Source: Candidatus Marinacidobacterales bacterium
GTDB lineage: Bacteria; Acidobacteriota; Vicinamibacteria; Marinacidobacterales; DATDRI01
Reading direction: 5' to 3'
NCBI GenBank assembly: GCA_965219415.1
Contig: CBDCNP010000002.1
Coordinates: 2,144,001 to 2,208,000 of the forward strand
Length of the DNA stretch: 64,000 nt
Every line of letters starts with the position of its first letter. The first letter of the stretch is position 1. Shown piece after piece: positions 9,074-19,440 of the stretch. Under the pieces are notes generated by a model, which had not been told where the DNA came from, made no database searches, and worked only from the letters and a program-made list of their open reading frames with translations. A program made the position numbers and the translations under genes.

Positions 9074-9829
9074 ATGTCCGGTGTCCGCGTTCTCTTGGCT
9101 GGCGAGTCTTGGGTCTCGAGCAGCACCCACTTCAAAGGATGGGATTTCTTCTCCAGCACTGTGTACGAGACCGGCACCGAGTATTTGGACAAAGTGCTCG
9201 TGCCGTCGGCTTTCGAGTTTCACCATATGCCAAGCCACATAGCCGCCAAGGAGTTCCCCCTCGACAAGAAGGGGTTGGCGAACTACGACGTCGTGATCCT
9301 GAGCGACATCGGTGCCAACACGCTTCTTCTGCATCCCGACACCTGGGCGCGCGGCAAGGCAACACCTAATCGCCTACGACTCCTCGCCGACTGGGTGAAC
9401 GAGGGCGGCGGACTGGCGATGGCCGGCGGATATTTCTCCTTCGCGGGAATCTACGGCGCCGCCAAGTACTACCGGACTCCGATTGAAGAAATCCTGCCCG
9501 TCAGCATCCACTGCTTTGACGATCGTCTCGAGACTCCGGAGGGCACGTCTCCCCAAATCGTCGACGCGTCTCACCCGATCGTCGAGAACATGCCCGAGCC
9601 ATGGCCACACCTTCTCGGATTCAACGAGCTCTCACTTAAGAAGGAAGCGATCCTTATCGCGAAGGCAGGAGAACATCCCTTGCTCGCGGTGCAACAGGTC
9701 GGAAAGGGTCGCACGCTGGCCTGGGCATCGGATATCGGTCCTCATTGGTGTCCCGAGGCCTTCGCGAGCTGGGAAGGCTACGCGTCGTTGTGGTCGCAAT
9801 CCATGGAGTGGTTGGCCGGACGACGGTAG
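9074..9829 (+). CDS. Glutamine amidotransferase-like protein (DUF1355/STM3548 type)
   Basis: VLLAGESW, YDVVILSDIGANT, MAGGYFSFAG, SDIGPHW; RBS AAGGAG. Confidence 0.85.
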   Translation: MSGVRVLLAGESWVSSSTHFKGWDFFSSTVYETGTEYLDKVLVPSAFEFHHMPSHIAAKEFPLDKKGLANYDVVILSDIGANTLLLHPDTWARGKATPNRLRLLADWVNEGGGLAMAGGYFSFAGIYGAAKYYRTPIEEILPVSIHCFDDRLETPEGTSPQIVDASHPIVENMPEPWPHLLGFNELSLKKEAILIAKAGEHPLLAVQQVGKGRTLAWASDIGPHWCPEAFASWEGYASLWSQSMEWLAGRR

Positions 9830-9858
9830 GTTTACTCCCCGGCCTAACGACATCCAGC

Positions 9859-10715
9859 TCAGGCATTCCAGGTGGGCTCTTTCGAGATCAGCGCTCCTGC
9901 CACCAGACCCAGCTTACTCGGCAGCGAGAGACCTACCCTGCGTTCGAGCACCGGATAACCAAGTGTTTCGATTCTCTCCAATATGCGACTGTAGACCGTG
10001 CCCATGAGGGACGTGCAGCGGCGGCTGTCTTGCTCGATCAAGTCGAGAAGCGGCGCGGCGGTAGTACTCCCGGACGCGCTCGACCTGAAAACGCATAAGT
10101 TCTTTAAAGGCCGGAGTAGCATGTCGTTCCTTGAGGTCCTTCTCAGACACCCCGAAGCGGTCGAGCTCTTCCTTCGGAAGATAGATTCGATCCTTCTCGG
10201 CCGCGTCTTCTCCGACGTCACGCAGGATGTTGGTCAGCTGAAACGCGGTTGCCAAGTCGCGCCCTCTATCGATGGCCGTTTCGTCCTTGTAGCCGAAAAT
10301 CGAAAGCGACATCGTGGAGATAGTGGTTGCGACCAACTCGCTGTAAACGAGAAGCTCTTCGTAAGTGGCGTAGCGATTCTTGACCAAATCCATCCGGCAC
10401 CCTTCGATGAGACCGGCGAATGATTCTTTGGGAATCGGGTACCGTTTCGCCGAGTCGGCAAGAACGAAAGCAATCGGATGTGTGGGTTGGCCCTGATAAC
10501 ATCGCTCGAGCTCTTCTTCCCAGCGATCGACGCGCTGTCGGACGTCGGCGCCGGGCTCCTCATCGACAATGTCGTCTGACGAAGCGACAAAAAGCGTACG
10601 TGGCATATACCGCGCGACGTTTGAGCAAGGGCAGAAAACGGAACCCAACGGAGAAGTTCGGCCCGTAGCGGTGGGCGACCTGGCGGCAGAGGGCGTAGGC
10701 GTCGTCCAGCTCCAT
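9859..10715 (-). pseudogene. Squalene/phytoene synthase family (HpnD/CrtB-like), two apparent frameshifts
   Basis: YAFCRFV|DDIVDE, FQLTNILRDVGED, RIYLP; frame changes near 10578 and about 10050, possibly sequencing error. Confidence 0.85.
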
Positions 10716-10720
10716 CGCGC

Positions 10721-11872
10721 TCACTCCTCGAGATAGCGGGCCACGAAGTCCGCAGGAAGAGGCTGCGGCTTCCCGGATCTTCCCTCTCGTGGCCGACACC
10801 ACCCGCACAAGAGTTTGTGTCCACATCGCTCGCCACGACCGAAGATCTTTTGTGCGACCGGCCGCATCGCTAACCTCCACCAAGCCGGCCGCGCCCACGA
10901 ATGTAGAAACTTTCGGAAATCACGATGGCCCGCTTGCCAAACGAAGAAACGCAGCCCGTAACGGCCGAGCGCCTCATAAAGGAAACGAGTGAAAACGCTC
11001 GAGCGCATGGTGCGCCCAAACTGTTCCGTCCACAAACGATCGAAATGAACTTTCTCGACGAGACTCCTCGCCGCCAGACGGCCGGTGGCAATAGCATAAC
11101 GAATGCCGAGTCCGAACAAGTAATCCTGAAAACCACCCGCCTCGCCCGCAAAGAGCGAACGTCCCTGAACCGAGCTCTCGTGAAGAAAGAAATTCATGTA
11201 AGAGTACCCGGGCCGAGGTGAATCGATGTCGAACGGCTGAATGCCTTGAAAGCGCTCGACCGTCCTTTCGAAGTGGCTCTCCAGGCGACCATACTCTTTC
11301 AAGAGCGCCAGCCCCAGAGTGCCCCAACCGTCCAGCACGAAAAAATAGGCATAGCCTCCCGGTGCCAACTCGGGATCGAAGATCACTTCGATGCGGTCGG
11401 GGCTTCCGGTTCGAAACGCGATCTCCTTCGCGATCCCGTCGGCGGGGCCTGGCCCGGTCGCGACGATGTCCGCCTCTTCGGGCGAGAGTTTCTTTCCGAA
11501 TTGGATCACCGCCCCCAGATCGCGTGCTTGAGCTTCGAGCCCGCGATCGAGGGTGCCCGATTCGACACCGCGGCGTAAGAAGTAGCCGTAAGGCCTTGAA
11601 CTCGCCACCGAAAAAGCCTTGCCACGATCGTCGAAGAGGTGGGCCCAGTGAGCGGCCCTTAGCTCGAAGTTAACGGCAATTCCCAAACGAGCGAGCTCCT
11701 CTCGCACGTCTTCCTTACGGCTATAGCTCTCGAGAACTTGATACTCTCCGATGAAGCGAGCCCCCACATCGTCTCTTCGCTCGAAGACCTCGACCGGCAA
11801 CCCGCTGCGTCGGAGATGGATCGCGGCGGACAATCCAGCCGGACCGGCACCGGCGATGATCACTTTCTTCAT
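10721..11872 (-). CDS. FAD-dependent oxidoreductase, geranylgeranyl reductase-like
   Basis: GAGPAG Rossmann motif, APGGYAYFF, AGEAGGFQD...GIRYA; C-terminal CGWC. Confidence 0.75.
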   Translation of the reverse strand: MKKVIIAGAGPAGLSAAIHLRRSGLPVEVFERRDDVGARFIGEYQVLESYSRKEDVREELARLGIAVNFELRAAHWAHLFDDRGKAFSVASSRPYGYFLRRGVESGTLDRGLEAQARDLGAVIQFGKKLSPEEADIVATGPGPADGIAKEIAFRTGSPDRIEVIFDPELAPGGYAYFFVLDGWGTLGLALLKEYGRLESHFERTVERFQGIQPFDIDSPRPGYSYMNFFLHESSVQGRSLFAGEAGGFQDYLFGLGIRYAIATGRLAARSLVEKVHFDRLWTEQFGRTMRSSVFTRFLYEALGRYGLRFFVWQAGHRDFRKFLHSWARPAWWRLAMRPVAQKIFGRGERCGHKLLCGWCRPREGRSGKPQPLPADFVARYLEE

Positions 11873-13002
11873 GGCAGAAGGAGTCTCGAGAGCGTGGCTT
11901 CCCAGGTAATACCGCGAACGCTCTCCTCGGCAATGTTGCCCATCCGCATCGCGAGCTCTTGGTTGCCGGTGAGGATATCAATCTGGCGGGCAATGAAATG
12001 AGGATCCGGCAACAAGACGTAGCCCGAACGCCCGTTGTTCACGAGCTCGGCAGGGCCGCCGCTGTCCACGCACGTGATCACGGGCTTTCTCGAGCGAGCG
12101 GCCTCCAGGGTGACGAAACCAAAGTCCTCCATGAACGGAGCGAAGAAAACGGCTCGGCACCGTGCATAGTGATGAAGGAGGGTCTCCTCGTCGACGCGGC
12201 CCAAGAACTCCACTCGTTTCATAATATCGAGCTCGGCGGCGAGTCGGCGCAGTTCGTCCTCTTCCTCACCGCTTCCGGCGATGACGACTCGTAGGTCACC
12301 CGACTTGACGTGTTGCATCGCCTTCAGCAGCAAGCTGACTCGTTTCAAGGGATGGAGTCGGGAAACGGTGAATATGTAATTCTCATAAGCTTCGGTGCGG
12401 TAGGCCCTGCCCGGTGGCGGCGGGTAAAGCACCTCGCTCGGGATCTTCCCCCACTTCATCAGTCTTGCTTGAACCGTCTTGGAAAGTGCGAACAGTCGGG
12501 TCACGTTTCGCCGAAGCAGATATCCGTCGGCGCGGTGCACCATGAACCGACGGGTCCCCTCCTTGATCCTACCTTCCCACGAAAGCTGTTCCTTGAAACG
12601 CGGCCACAGGTCGTAGTACTCGCGCATGCGATGCGTGAGCCAGCACACGTGACGAGGGTGGCGGACCGCGTAGCTCGGAAAACGAAGCGAGATCACCTGA
12701 TCGACGGGGACGCCGTCTCCAGACTCGGAAACGTCGGTCAACCAGTTGGCCAGGTAAGCCGCGAATTGGCGGCCGAAGCGGTTTTGAGCGGTTCGAATGA
12801 TCTCTACTCGAAAACCGTGCTGCTGCAGCGCTGCGGCAAGGTTGCGGGCGATGACCCGATGTCCGCCCTCCACGAACGGCACATCGGACGTGACCACCGC
12901 AACGCGGGCCGGCTCCGCCTTGGACCCAGTGGCCTCCTTGGCGGTCGTGGCCCTAGTGTCAGCGGTCGCTTTCGACGAAGCCGGACCGTTCAAGGTCTCC
13001 AT
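11869..13002 (-). CDS. Glycosyltransferase family 4
   Basis: SRLHPLKR, EDFGFVTLEA motifs. Confidence 0.85.
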   Translation of the reverse strand: METLNGPASSKATADTRATTAKEATGSKAEPARVAVVTSDVPFVEGGHRVIARNLAAALQQHGFRVEIIRTAQNRFGRQFAAYLANWLTDVSESGDGVPVDQVISLRFPSYAVRHPRHVCWLTHRMREYYDLWPRFKEQLSWEGRIKEGTRRFMVHRADGYLLRRNVTRLFALSKTVQARLMKWGKIPSEVLYPPPPGRAYRTEAYENYIFTVSRLHPLKRVSLLLKAMQHVKSGDLRVVIAGSGEEEDELRRLAAELDIMKRVEFLGRVDEETLLHHYARCRAVFFAPFMEDFGFVTLEAARSRKPVITCVDSGGPAELVNNGRSGYVLLPDPHFIARQIDILTGNQELAMRMGNIAEESVRGITWEATLSRLLLP

Positions 13003-14011
13003 GCCGGACGTCTTCCTTTCCGCTAACCGACTGGCTGGCTGCAAACCCCTCTATCGCGTAGATGAACCCGCCTGGAAGATTCCCGATGACACCGAGAGCA
13101 AGGATGAGTATCGAGAGCACAAACGCGCCGTCGGGATCCATCCCTACACTTCCGAAAAGAGCCACGTAGGCAAGGTTGGTGGTTCCCAACCCGCTGACTG
13201 AGATCGGCAGCATGGTGATCAACAGTATGAGGGGAACGAAACAAAAAAAGTAGACTAGAGCCGTATCGAGAGCCATCGCTTCCGAAAGAAGATAGGCCTG
13301 TAGGATGCGAAGAATTTGAACACCGACCGACATCGCGAGCACCAAGCCTAGGAGCCCCGGTTGGCGTCGGTAGCGTTCCATGGCTCCGACGGCCCTTCGT
13401 ACCGAACTTCGCCAGCCGGGCCAGCCGGCTTTCTCATCTTCACCGCCGTCTTCGCTGGCAGGCCGGATGTGAGACAGGATCCAACGGTGAAAAGACGGGG
13501 ACAACAACAAAGCGAGTCCCGCCAAAGCCAAAACCGACAAGGCCAGCACCGTCGCCAGCAAGGCGGGGTGAGGATAGATGCGATAGAAAACGACGAGAGC
13601 GACCAGACCGATCAACAACATCGAGAGCATGCCCATGATGCGATCCATTGCCACCGAAGCAACGGATTCGACACCCTTGGACGATAACCGGGAGAAGGAC
13701 ACGGCACGAACCGCCTCTCCCCCGATTCCAGTGGGAAGGAAGCTTCCGAAGAACGTGCTCAAGAAGAAGATCTTCACGACTCTGACGCGCGGTGGATGAA
13801 ACCCGAGGCCCTCTAGAAGGTAGGTCCAGCGCCCCGCCATGAGACTGCGATCCATCGCCACCGTCACGAGTGTGAGGGCGACCAGCCACCAATCGGCCCG
13901 GACAAGAAAACCCGCCATGCTTCGAACATCGAGCCGAGAGAGCAGCAAGGCGATTAAGGCCACGCTCACGACGATGCGCAGCGTCCACCAAAAACGACGG
14001 CGGTTCGTCAT
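12959..14011 (-). CDS. Flippase-like membrane protein (lysylphosphatidylglycerol synthase TM/UPF0104)
   Basis: FLPTGIGGEAVRA, DRIMG, LPISVSGLG; multiple TM helices. Confidence 0.85.
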   Translation of the reverse strand: MTNRRRFWWTLRIVVSVALIALLLSRLDVRSMAGFLVRADWWLVALTLVTVAMDRSLMAGRWTYLLEGLGFHPPRVRVVKIFFLSTFFGSFLPTGIGGEAVRAVSFSRLSSKGVESVASVAMDRIMGMLSMLLIGLVALVVFYRIYPHPALLATVLALSVLALAGLALLLSPSFHRWILSHIRPASEDGGEDEKAGWPGWRSSVRRAVGAMERYRRQPGLLGLVLAMSVGVQILRILQAYLLSEAMALDTALVYFFCFVPLILLITMLPISVSGLGTTNLAYVALFGSVGMDPDGAFVLSILILALGVIGNLPGGFIYAIEGFAASQSVSGKEDVRHGDLERSGFVESDR

Positions 14012-15273
14012 TGAGTGAGGGCACCGGCGGGAGTGTTCTCCCGCGTCGAGCCGGTTCCCGATTTCCCTCGGTCGTCATCGAGGAAAGTAAAGTCCCGCTC
14101 GTAATCCCATCTCGGGCGGCCGGAGGCCACGTCGCGGTAACGGTTCACCAAAACTTCATAGAGCCGCGACATCTTGTCCACAAACGTCTGAATATCGAAA
14201 CGACGTGAGCTCTCTCGAGCGCTTTCCGAGATTCGAGAGGCGAGGGACGGTTGGTCGAGCACCTTGGAGATGGCCGCGGCCAGCGCCTTTGGATCCCGAG
14301 GGGGCACCACCACAGAATTCACGCCGTTCCGCAAGACATCCCGCAGCCCATCGACGTCGGTGGAAACAATGGGCTTGGCCATCGCCATCGACTCGAAGAC
14401 GGTGAGCGGCGTGCCTTCCCAAAGCGACGGAAAGACCGCCACATCGAAGCTCGCGAAACAACTTGCCACGTCTTTTTGGAAACCAAAGAAGATCACCTTG
14501 TCCTTTATCCCCAACCGCACCGCCTGAGCCTCGAGCTCCGGTTGCAGTGGGCCCTCCCCCACCAAGACGAATCGGAGCTCGGGCCGTTGGCGCGACAAGA
14601 GAGCGGCGGCGTCTACGAAGAAACTATTTCCCTTCGACTCCATGAGTCGAGTGACGGTGCCGACGACTCGAATGCCCTTTTCGGAAAGTCCGGAGACACC
14701 AAGTTTACGGCGAGCCTCCTGTTCCCTTTCGCTGCTCCACGGCTGGAACTCATCGAGGGGCGCACCCAAGTAGACCAGCTTCACTCGCTGCGGGGAGAGT
14801 TTTCTCGCCTCTATGCAGAATTGGCGCGTACTATCGGAGACCGCGATGGCCAGATCGGTAACCGGGTCGAAGAGCTTGTCCGGAATCTTTTGAAACCAAG
14901 GTGTGTCGGTTAGGTTCGCGTGCTCGTGGAGGACGTTGGGTATCCGCAAGGCCAGCGCCGCCGCTCGTCCGAAGGTCGTCGCCCCGTAGCCATGGGCTTG
15001 GATGACATCGATCTCGAGCCGCTTCAGCAAACGAACCAGCGCCGGGAGGGTCGTCGGATCGAACTTCGATTTCTCGAGATAGTAAACGGGAAATCCGAAC
15101 TGCTCGAGTGTTTCCTCCGACAAATCCCGTCGGCGGAGACACAAAAGCGATACTCGGAATCGATTCGGATCGAACCGCGGGATCATCCAAGAGAAGAGCC
15201 TCTTCACCCCGTGCATCCGGGAGCCTTCCCAGCCGAGGTGATCGCAGACTTGCAGGACGTTGATAGGAGCCAA
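14008..15273 (-). CDS. Glycosyltransferase family 4 (TTG start)
   Basis: RBS AAGGAG before TTG; PSLWEGTPLTVFESMA. Confidence 0.85.
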   Translation of the reverse strand: MAPINVLQVCDHLGWEGSRMHGVKRLFSWMIPRFDPNRFRVSLLCLRRRDLSEETLEQFGFPVYYLEKSKFDPTTLPALVRLLKRLEIDVIQAHGYGATTFGRAAALALRIPNVLHEHANLTDTPWFQKIPDKLFDPVTDLAIAVSDSTRQFCIEARKLSPQRVKLVYLGAPLDEFQPWSSEREQEARRKLGVSGLSEKGIRVVGTVTRLMESKGNSFFVDAAALLSRQRPELRFVLVGEGPLQPELEAQAVRLGIKDKVIFFGFQKDVASCFASFDVAVFPSLWEGTPLTVFESMAMAKPIVSTDVDGLRDVLRNGVNSVVVPPRDPKALAAAISKVLDQPSLASRISESARESSRRFDIQTFVDKMSRLYEVLVNRYRDVASGRPRWDYERDFTFLDDDRGKSGTGSTRENTPAGALTQ

Positions 15274-15277
15274 CGGG

Positions 15278-16573
15278 CTACTTCTCCTTCGACTGGAGTG
15301 GCGACTGAGGTGGATGCAGGCGGTTGTACTTCTTGCCGACCTCGAGCACCCGCTCAATGGAAAGCGCCTCGACGGTTCGATCATCCCGGCCGGAGACGGT
15401 GGTGGCCTGAAGCAGTGAATTGTAAATGGCCTCTTCGGTGGCTTCGACGACCGCTTCGAAGAGCGGCGAGAGCGCATTCCCCCGAAGCACCGGAGAACCT
15501 TCGGTGAGGCTCTCGGATTCATAAGCGCTTCGGAGCTCGGCGACTGTCGAGAAGGCGATGACGAAGTCGCCGCTCCCGTGAGTCGATGGACCACCCGTCC
15601 GGCCCATACCTAGCATGGCTCGACTCGCCAGCCTTCTGAGCCCGTGTGTTGCGACCGGTGCGTCGGTCGCAACCACCATCATGACCGACCCGTCGGCCCG
15701 GTCAGCACTTTCCGTACCTTCAGCGGGCGTCTCGACGTCTTCCCGCAAGTAGTAACGGCCTAGTTCTTTACCGATCGGCAGTCCGTCCATCTGAAGGACG
15801 CCGCCGAAATTGCTCTGCACCAGAACACCGACGGTGTAGCCACCGAGAGAGTCGGGAAGGCGCCGGGATGATGTTCCGATGCCTCCCTTGAAACCAAAAC
15901 AGATCGTCCCCGCGCCGGCGCCTACACTTCCCTCTTGGACCGGGCCCTCTTCCGCTCCGCGTATGGCGGTGAGCACGTGCTCCTCCTTGACGTGGCGGCC
16001 GCGGATGTCATTCAGATAGCCGTCGTTCGTCTCACCAACAACGGGATTAACGGAGCGCACGTCTTCGTTTCCCGGAAGCACAAGGATGTAAGTAACCACC
16101 GCGTTCGCAGCCTCCCATACCGACAAGGTGTTGGTCAGAACGATGGGAGTCTCGACAAAGCCCAATTCCTCGACTTGCGTCGATCCCACGAGTTTCCCGA
16201 ATGCATTGCCGATGTGTACGGCGGCGGGAACCTTGTGTTGGAAGAGGTTACCTCCATGAGGAAGAATCGCCGTCACCCCGGTTCTTACGGAGTCGCCTTC
16301 GATGAGCGTGACGTGTCCTACCCGCACTCCCTCAACGTCGGTGATGGCGTTCAATGGTCCGGTCGGGAGGACTCCCGGTACCAGACCGATCTCCCTGGCA
16401 CGCGGTCGCTCGGGCTCTGCCTGGGCCCCGTGCGTGGCAAAGGCGAGAAGGATCACGAGGACCGCCCGTCTCCTGCTATTTGCCGGGTGCCTGACTCGGC
16501 ACGGCTTGCTCAGGCTCCGCCCTCCTCGACAGGAAATCCAAAACGCGACGGGTCCTCTCCAAGTAGTTTTCAT
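15278..16573 (-). CDS. DmpA/P1 family aminopeptidase (S58); true start probably downstream
   Basis: NAITDVEGVRVGH, GFKGGIGTSSR, DGS autocleavage site, HGSGDF. Confidence 0.88.
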   Translation of the reverse strand: MKTTWRGPVAFWISCRGGRSLSKPCRVRHPANSRRRAVLVILLAFATHGAQAEPERPRAREIGLVPGVLPTGPLNAITDVEGVRVGHVTLIEGDSVRTGVTAILPHGGNLFQHKVPAAVHIGNAFGKLVGSTQVEELGFVETPIVLTNTLSVWEAANAVVTYILVLPGNEDVRSVNPVVGETNDGYLNDIRGRHVKEEHVLTAIRGAEEGPVQEGSVGAGAGTICFGFKGGIGTSSRRLPDSLGGYTVGVLVQSNFGGVLQMDGLPIGKELGRYYLREDVETPAEGTESADRADGSVMMVVATDAPVATHGLRRLASRAMLGMGRTGGPSTHGSGDFVIAFSTVAELRSAYESESLTEGSPVLRGNALSPLFEAVVEATEEAIYNSLLQATTVSGRDDRTVEALSIERVLEVGKKYNRLHPPQSPLQSKEK

Positions 16574-17690
16574 AACTGTATTCGTTTTCCGCTCGTCGCC
16601 GGGCAGCTTCGCCCAACGCCTGGGCCCGATTCGGATCGCGCAGCACGGTCAAAATCCCCTCACCGAACGCTTCTGGGTCGGCCGCAGTGAGCTGGGAAAT
16701 CTCGTCGTCCAAGACTTGTGTGTGTGTCAGCAGTCGCGTGGCGACGATCGGTTTTCCGGCGCGAAGATAAGCGTAGATCTTCAACGGAGTGTTGTTTCCG
16801 TGTGAACGGGGAGATACCAGCACCTCGGTGGCTGCCAAATAGACGGACATCTCGTCTGGCGGGCGCTGTCCCGCGAAGACGACTTTGTCCTCGAGACCTC
16901 GTTGCTGAACCGCGCTGCGCGCCTCTTCGATTTGCTCAGGGTGACCGCCCACCATAAGGAGACGGGCCTTGGTGTCGCGCTCGGCGACCCATCGGACGGC
17001 GTCGAAGAGCAGTTCGAGTCCCTGATAGGCTTCAAACGTACCGGTGTAACCGATGACCGCCGTCCCCTCGAGCCCCAGAGACTCTCGGAGAGCCGTCACC
17101 TCTTCACCATCGGCGACGCGATTCGCCTCCGCCAGAGGAGAGTTCTCGATCAAGAAACAAGGCTTCTCTGGGTCGAAGTCGGCGACGACCTCCTGCAAGT
17201 AAGGACAGATCACGATGACCGCCGTCGAGCCCTTGATGGTCCAGCGCTCTGCGATCGCGAACAGTCTTCGCAATATCGCTGACCGTGTGTAGCGAAAGTT
17301 CACGAGTTGCTCGGGCAGAGACGAGTGCATATCGTAAACCGTTGGGACGCCGAACAGTTTAGATAGCAAGGCTCCCATCAGCCCCGCCTCTTCGTGGCAA
17401 TCGAGCAGATCGTAGCGAGCCGACATCAGCCGCCGCACGGCGGAGAAGAACACCATGACATCGAGCGGAAGCTTGGCGAGCGAGGGGCCGATCGAGATCT
17501 TGCGGATTCCCGGGATTCCTGGAGCGCGAAAGATTCTCAGCCCGGAGATGGAAACGTCTTCCCCTATCGGATACGTCACCATATCGACTTCGTGTCCCAG
17601 CTCGGTCAAGGCGCGGGTTCGGTAGTACTCGCTGAAGGGCGTGCCCCGCGGCTGAAAGAAGGGCTCGGGGGCGATCATCAGGATACGCAT
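16476..17690 (-). CDS. Glycosyltransferase family 4
   Basis: APEPFFQPRGTP, YTGTFEAYQG, NTPLKIYAYL. Confidence 0.85.
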   Translation of the reverse strand: MRILMIAPEPFFQPRGTPFSEYYRTRALTELGHEVDMVTYPIGEDVSISGLRIFRAPGIPGIRKISIGPSLAKLPLDVMVFFSAVRRLMSARYDLLDCHEEAGLMGALLSKLFGVPTVYDMHSSLPEQLVNFRYTRSAILRRLFAIAERWTIKGSTAVIVICPYLQEVVADFDPEKPCFLIENSPLAEANRVADGEEVTALRESLGLEGTAVIGYTGTFEAYQGLELLFDAVRWVAERDTKARLLMVGGHPEQIEEARSAVQQRGLEDKVVFAGQRPPDEMSVYLAATEVLVSPRSHGNNTPLKIYAYLRAGKPIVATRLLTHTQVLDDEISQLTAADPEAFGEGILTVLRDPNRAQALGEAARRRAENEYSYENYLERTRRVLDFLSRRAEPEQAVPSQAPGK

Positions 17691-17963
17691 GGTTTTCGGT
17701 GCGGTAGCCGCCTTATCTCCCTTATCTCATTGACCAGACGAGACTAAGTCAAAGAAGATTATAGGCTTGGAGGCGAAGAGGGGTCAAAGGCAGGACATCA
17801 ACACCGTGAACGGTTCGGTGACAGATAGACAAGAGTTCCGCTCCCCTCGATCGCCCACCTCGTGTTAACCTCCCGCAGCGCCTGACAACTTGACAGGCCG
17901 ACAGGCTGTCAGGCCTCGCGGCTCCCGAAAGCGCCCAAAATCTATTTCGCAAAGGACAATGAC

Positions 17964-19319
17964 ATGAAGCATTTCGCCATCACGTGTGCTGCGTTGCTGG
18001 TGTCGATCGTTTCCGCCTCTGCTCAGACCCAAGGACTCCTCATCGAGAACGTCACCCTCATCGACGGAACCGGGGCGTCTCCGGTCACCGGGGCCTTCAT
18101 CTGGATCGAAGGCGATCGCATTCGAGGAGTTAGTGATGAACCCATCGAAGTACCGCGTGGAACGACCCGCCTTAAAGGAAAAGGTAAGTACGCCATCCCT
18201 GGACTCATGGACATGCACGTACACATAAGGGGACCCGGATCGGGATTCGATGGCGCCGGGCCTGGAGCCTCTCCCGCAGCCTTCGGGCTCTCCGCGATTC
18301 AAGGCTATCTGTATGCCGGGGTCACAACCATTTACGACGCCGGGAACGACCAGGACTATATCTTCTCCTTCCGGGAACAGGAACGATCCGGCGAGATCGT
18401 GGCCCCCCGCATCTTCGCCACCGGTTACATCGTGACCGCTCCCAACGGTCATGGCAGTAACTACCCGATCACAATTGGAATCGAGGATTGGCCGGCGGAT
18501 CGCGACAAGTTGGATGCTCACATCGCAGCGAAGCCTGACATTCTCAAAATCACTCAGGACGAACACGGCTGGGGCACCCGGCCCATGATCAATAAGCTCC
18601 CGCTCGACCTGCTGGAGACGATCATTCGCTACTACCACGAGCACGGAATCCGAACCACCATCCACGCCTCGAACGAGCTTCGCACGTGGGAGGCCATTTA
18701 CGCCGGCATCGACACGCTCGTTCATCCGGTCATTCAGGCACCGGTGAGCGATAAGTATCTCAACATGATGAAGGTGAAACGGATCCCACAAGTGACTACC
18801 TTGGCGATCGGGGAAAGCTATAGCCGTTTGGCCGAGGACCCCAATCATCTGGATCAGCCGCTTTACCGGGCCACGCTCGATCCAGAGGAGATCCGAAGGC
18901 TCAAAGAATTCGAGGCGCAGAAGCAGGCCGAACGACGGTGGGCCGCGTGGATGAAAGTGATGACACCCGTAGCGCAAGACAATGTGAAACGAGTCAACAA
19001 GGTGGGTGGCGTGGTGGTGCTAGGCACGGATCAAAGTCTCGCGGCGGCAGTACACCGAGAGCTAGAGCTTCTCGTCGAGGGCGGGATTCCGGCCCTGGAC
19101 GCTATCAAGATCGCATCGCTCAACGGCGCTCGCTTTCTCGGCAAAGAGGCTGACCTGGGTTCCGTCGAAAAAGGGAAGATCGCTGACCTAGTCCTCCTGA
19201 CCGCCGACCCGATCGCCGACATCAAGAACACCACGCGGATCGACACCGTCATCAAGGGGGGCCGCATTATCGACCGGTCCAACCTCCAGATTCCCGCCAA
19301 CGCGACGGGCACTCAGTAA
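17964..19319 (+). CDS. Secreted metal-dependent amidohydrolase
   Basis: Signal peptide; PGLMDMHVH, GVTT, LGTD, GKIADLVLL. Confidence 0.88.
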   Translation: MKHFAITCAALLVSIVSASAQTQGLLIENVTLIDGTGASPVTGAFIWIEGDRIRGVSDEPIEVPRGTTRLKGKGKYAIPGLMDMHVHIRGPGSGFDGAGPGASPAAFGLSAIQGYLYAGVTTIYDAGNDQDYIFSFREQERSGEIVAPRIFATGYIVTAPNGHGSNYPITIGIEDWPADRDKLDAHIAAKPDILKITQDEHGWGTRPMINKLPLDLLETIIRYYHEHGIRTTIHASNELRTWEAIYAGIDTLVHPVIQAPVSDKYLNMMKVKRIPQVTTLAIGESYSRLAEDPNHLDQPLYRATLDPEEIRRLKEFEAQKQAERRWAAWMKVMTPVAQDNVKRVNKVGGVVVLGTDQSLAAAVHRELELLVEGGIPALDAIKIASLNGARFLGKEADLGSVEKGKIADLVLLTADPIADIKNTTRIDTVIKGGRIIDRSNLQIPANATGTQ

Positions 19320-19351
19320 AGGCTCGGGTTCACCTTATGAAAGCCTGCTGG

Positions 19352-19380
19352 TTGACTAGAAGCGCTGCCTCGCATAGCAT
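19352..19380 (+). promoter_or_regulatory. Sigma70-like promoter
   Basis: TTGACT-17 bp-TAGCAT. Confidence 0.55.
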
Positions 19381-19440
19381 CGGGCCGGATTAGGAAACCT
19401 CTCTCAAAGGGCCGTTCCCAACGACCGGGAGGAAGGGGAA

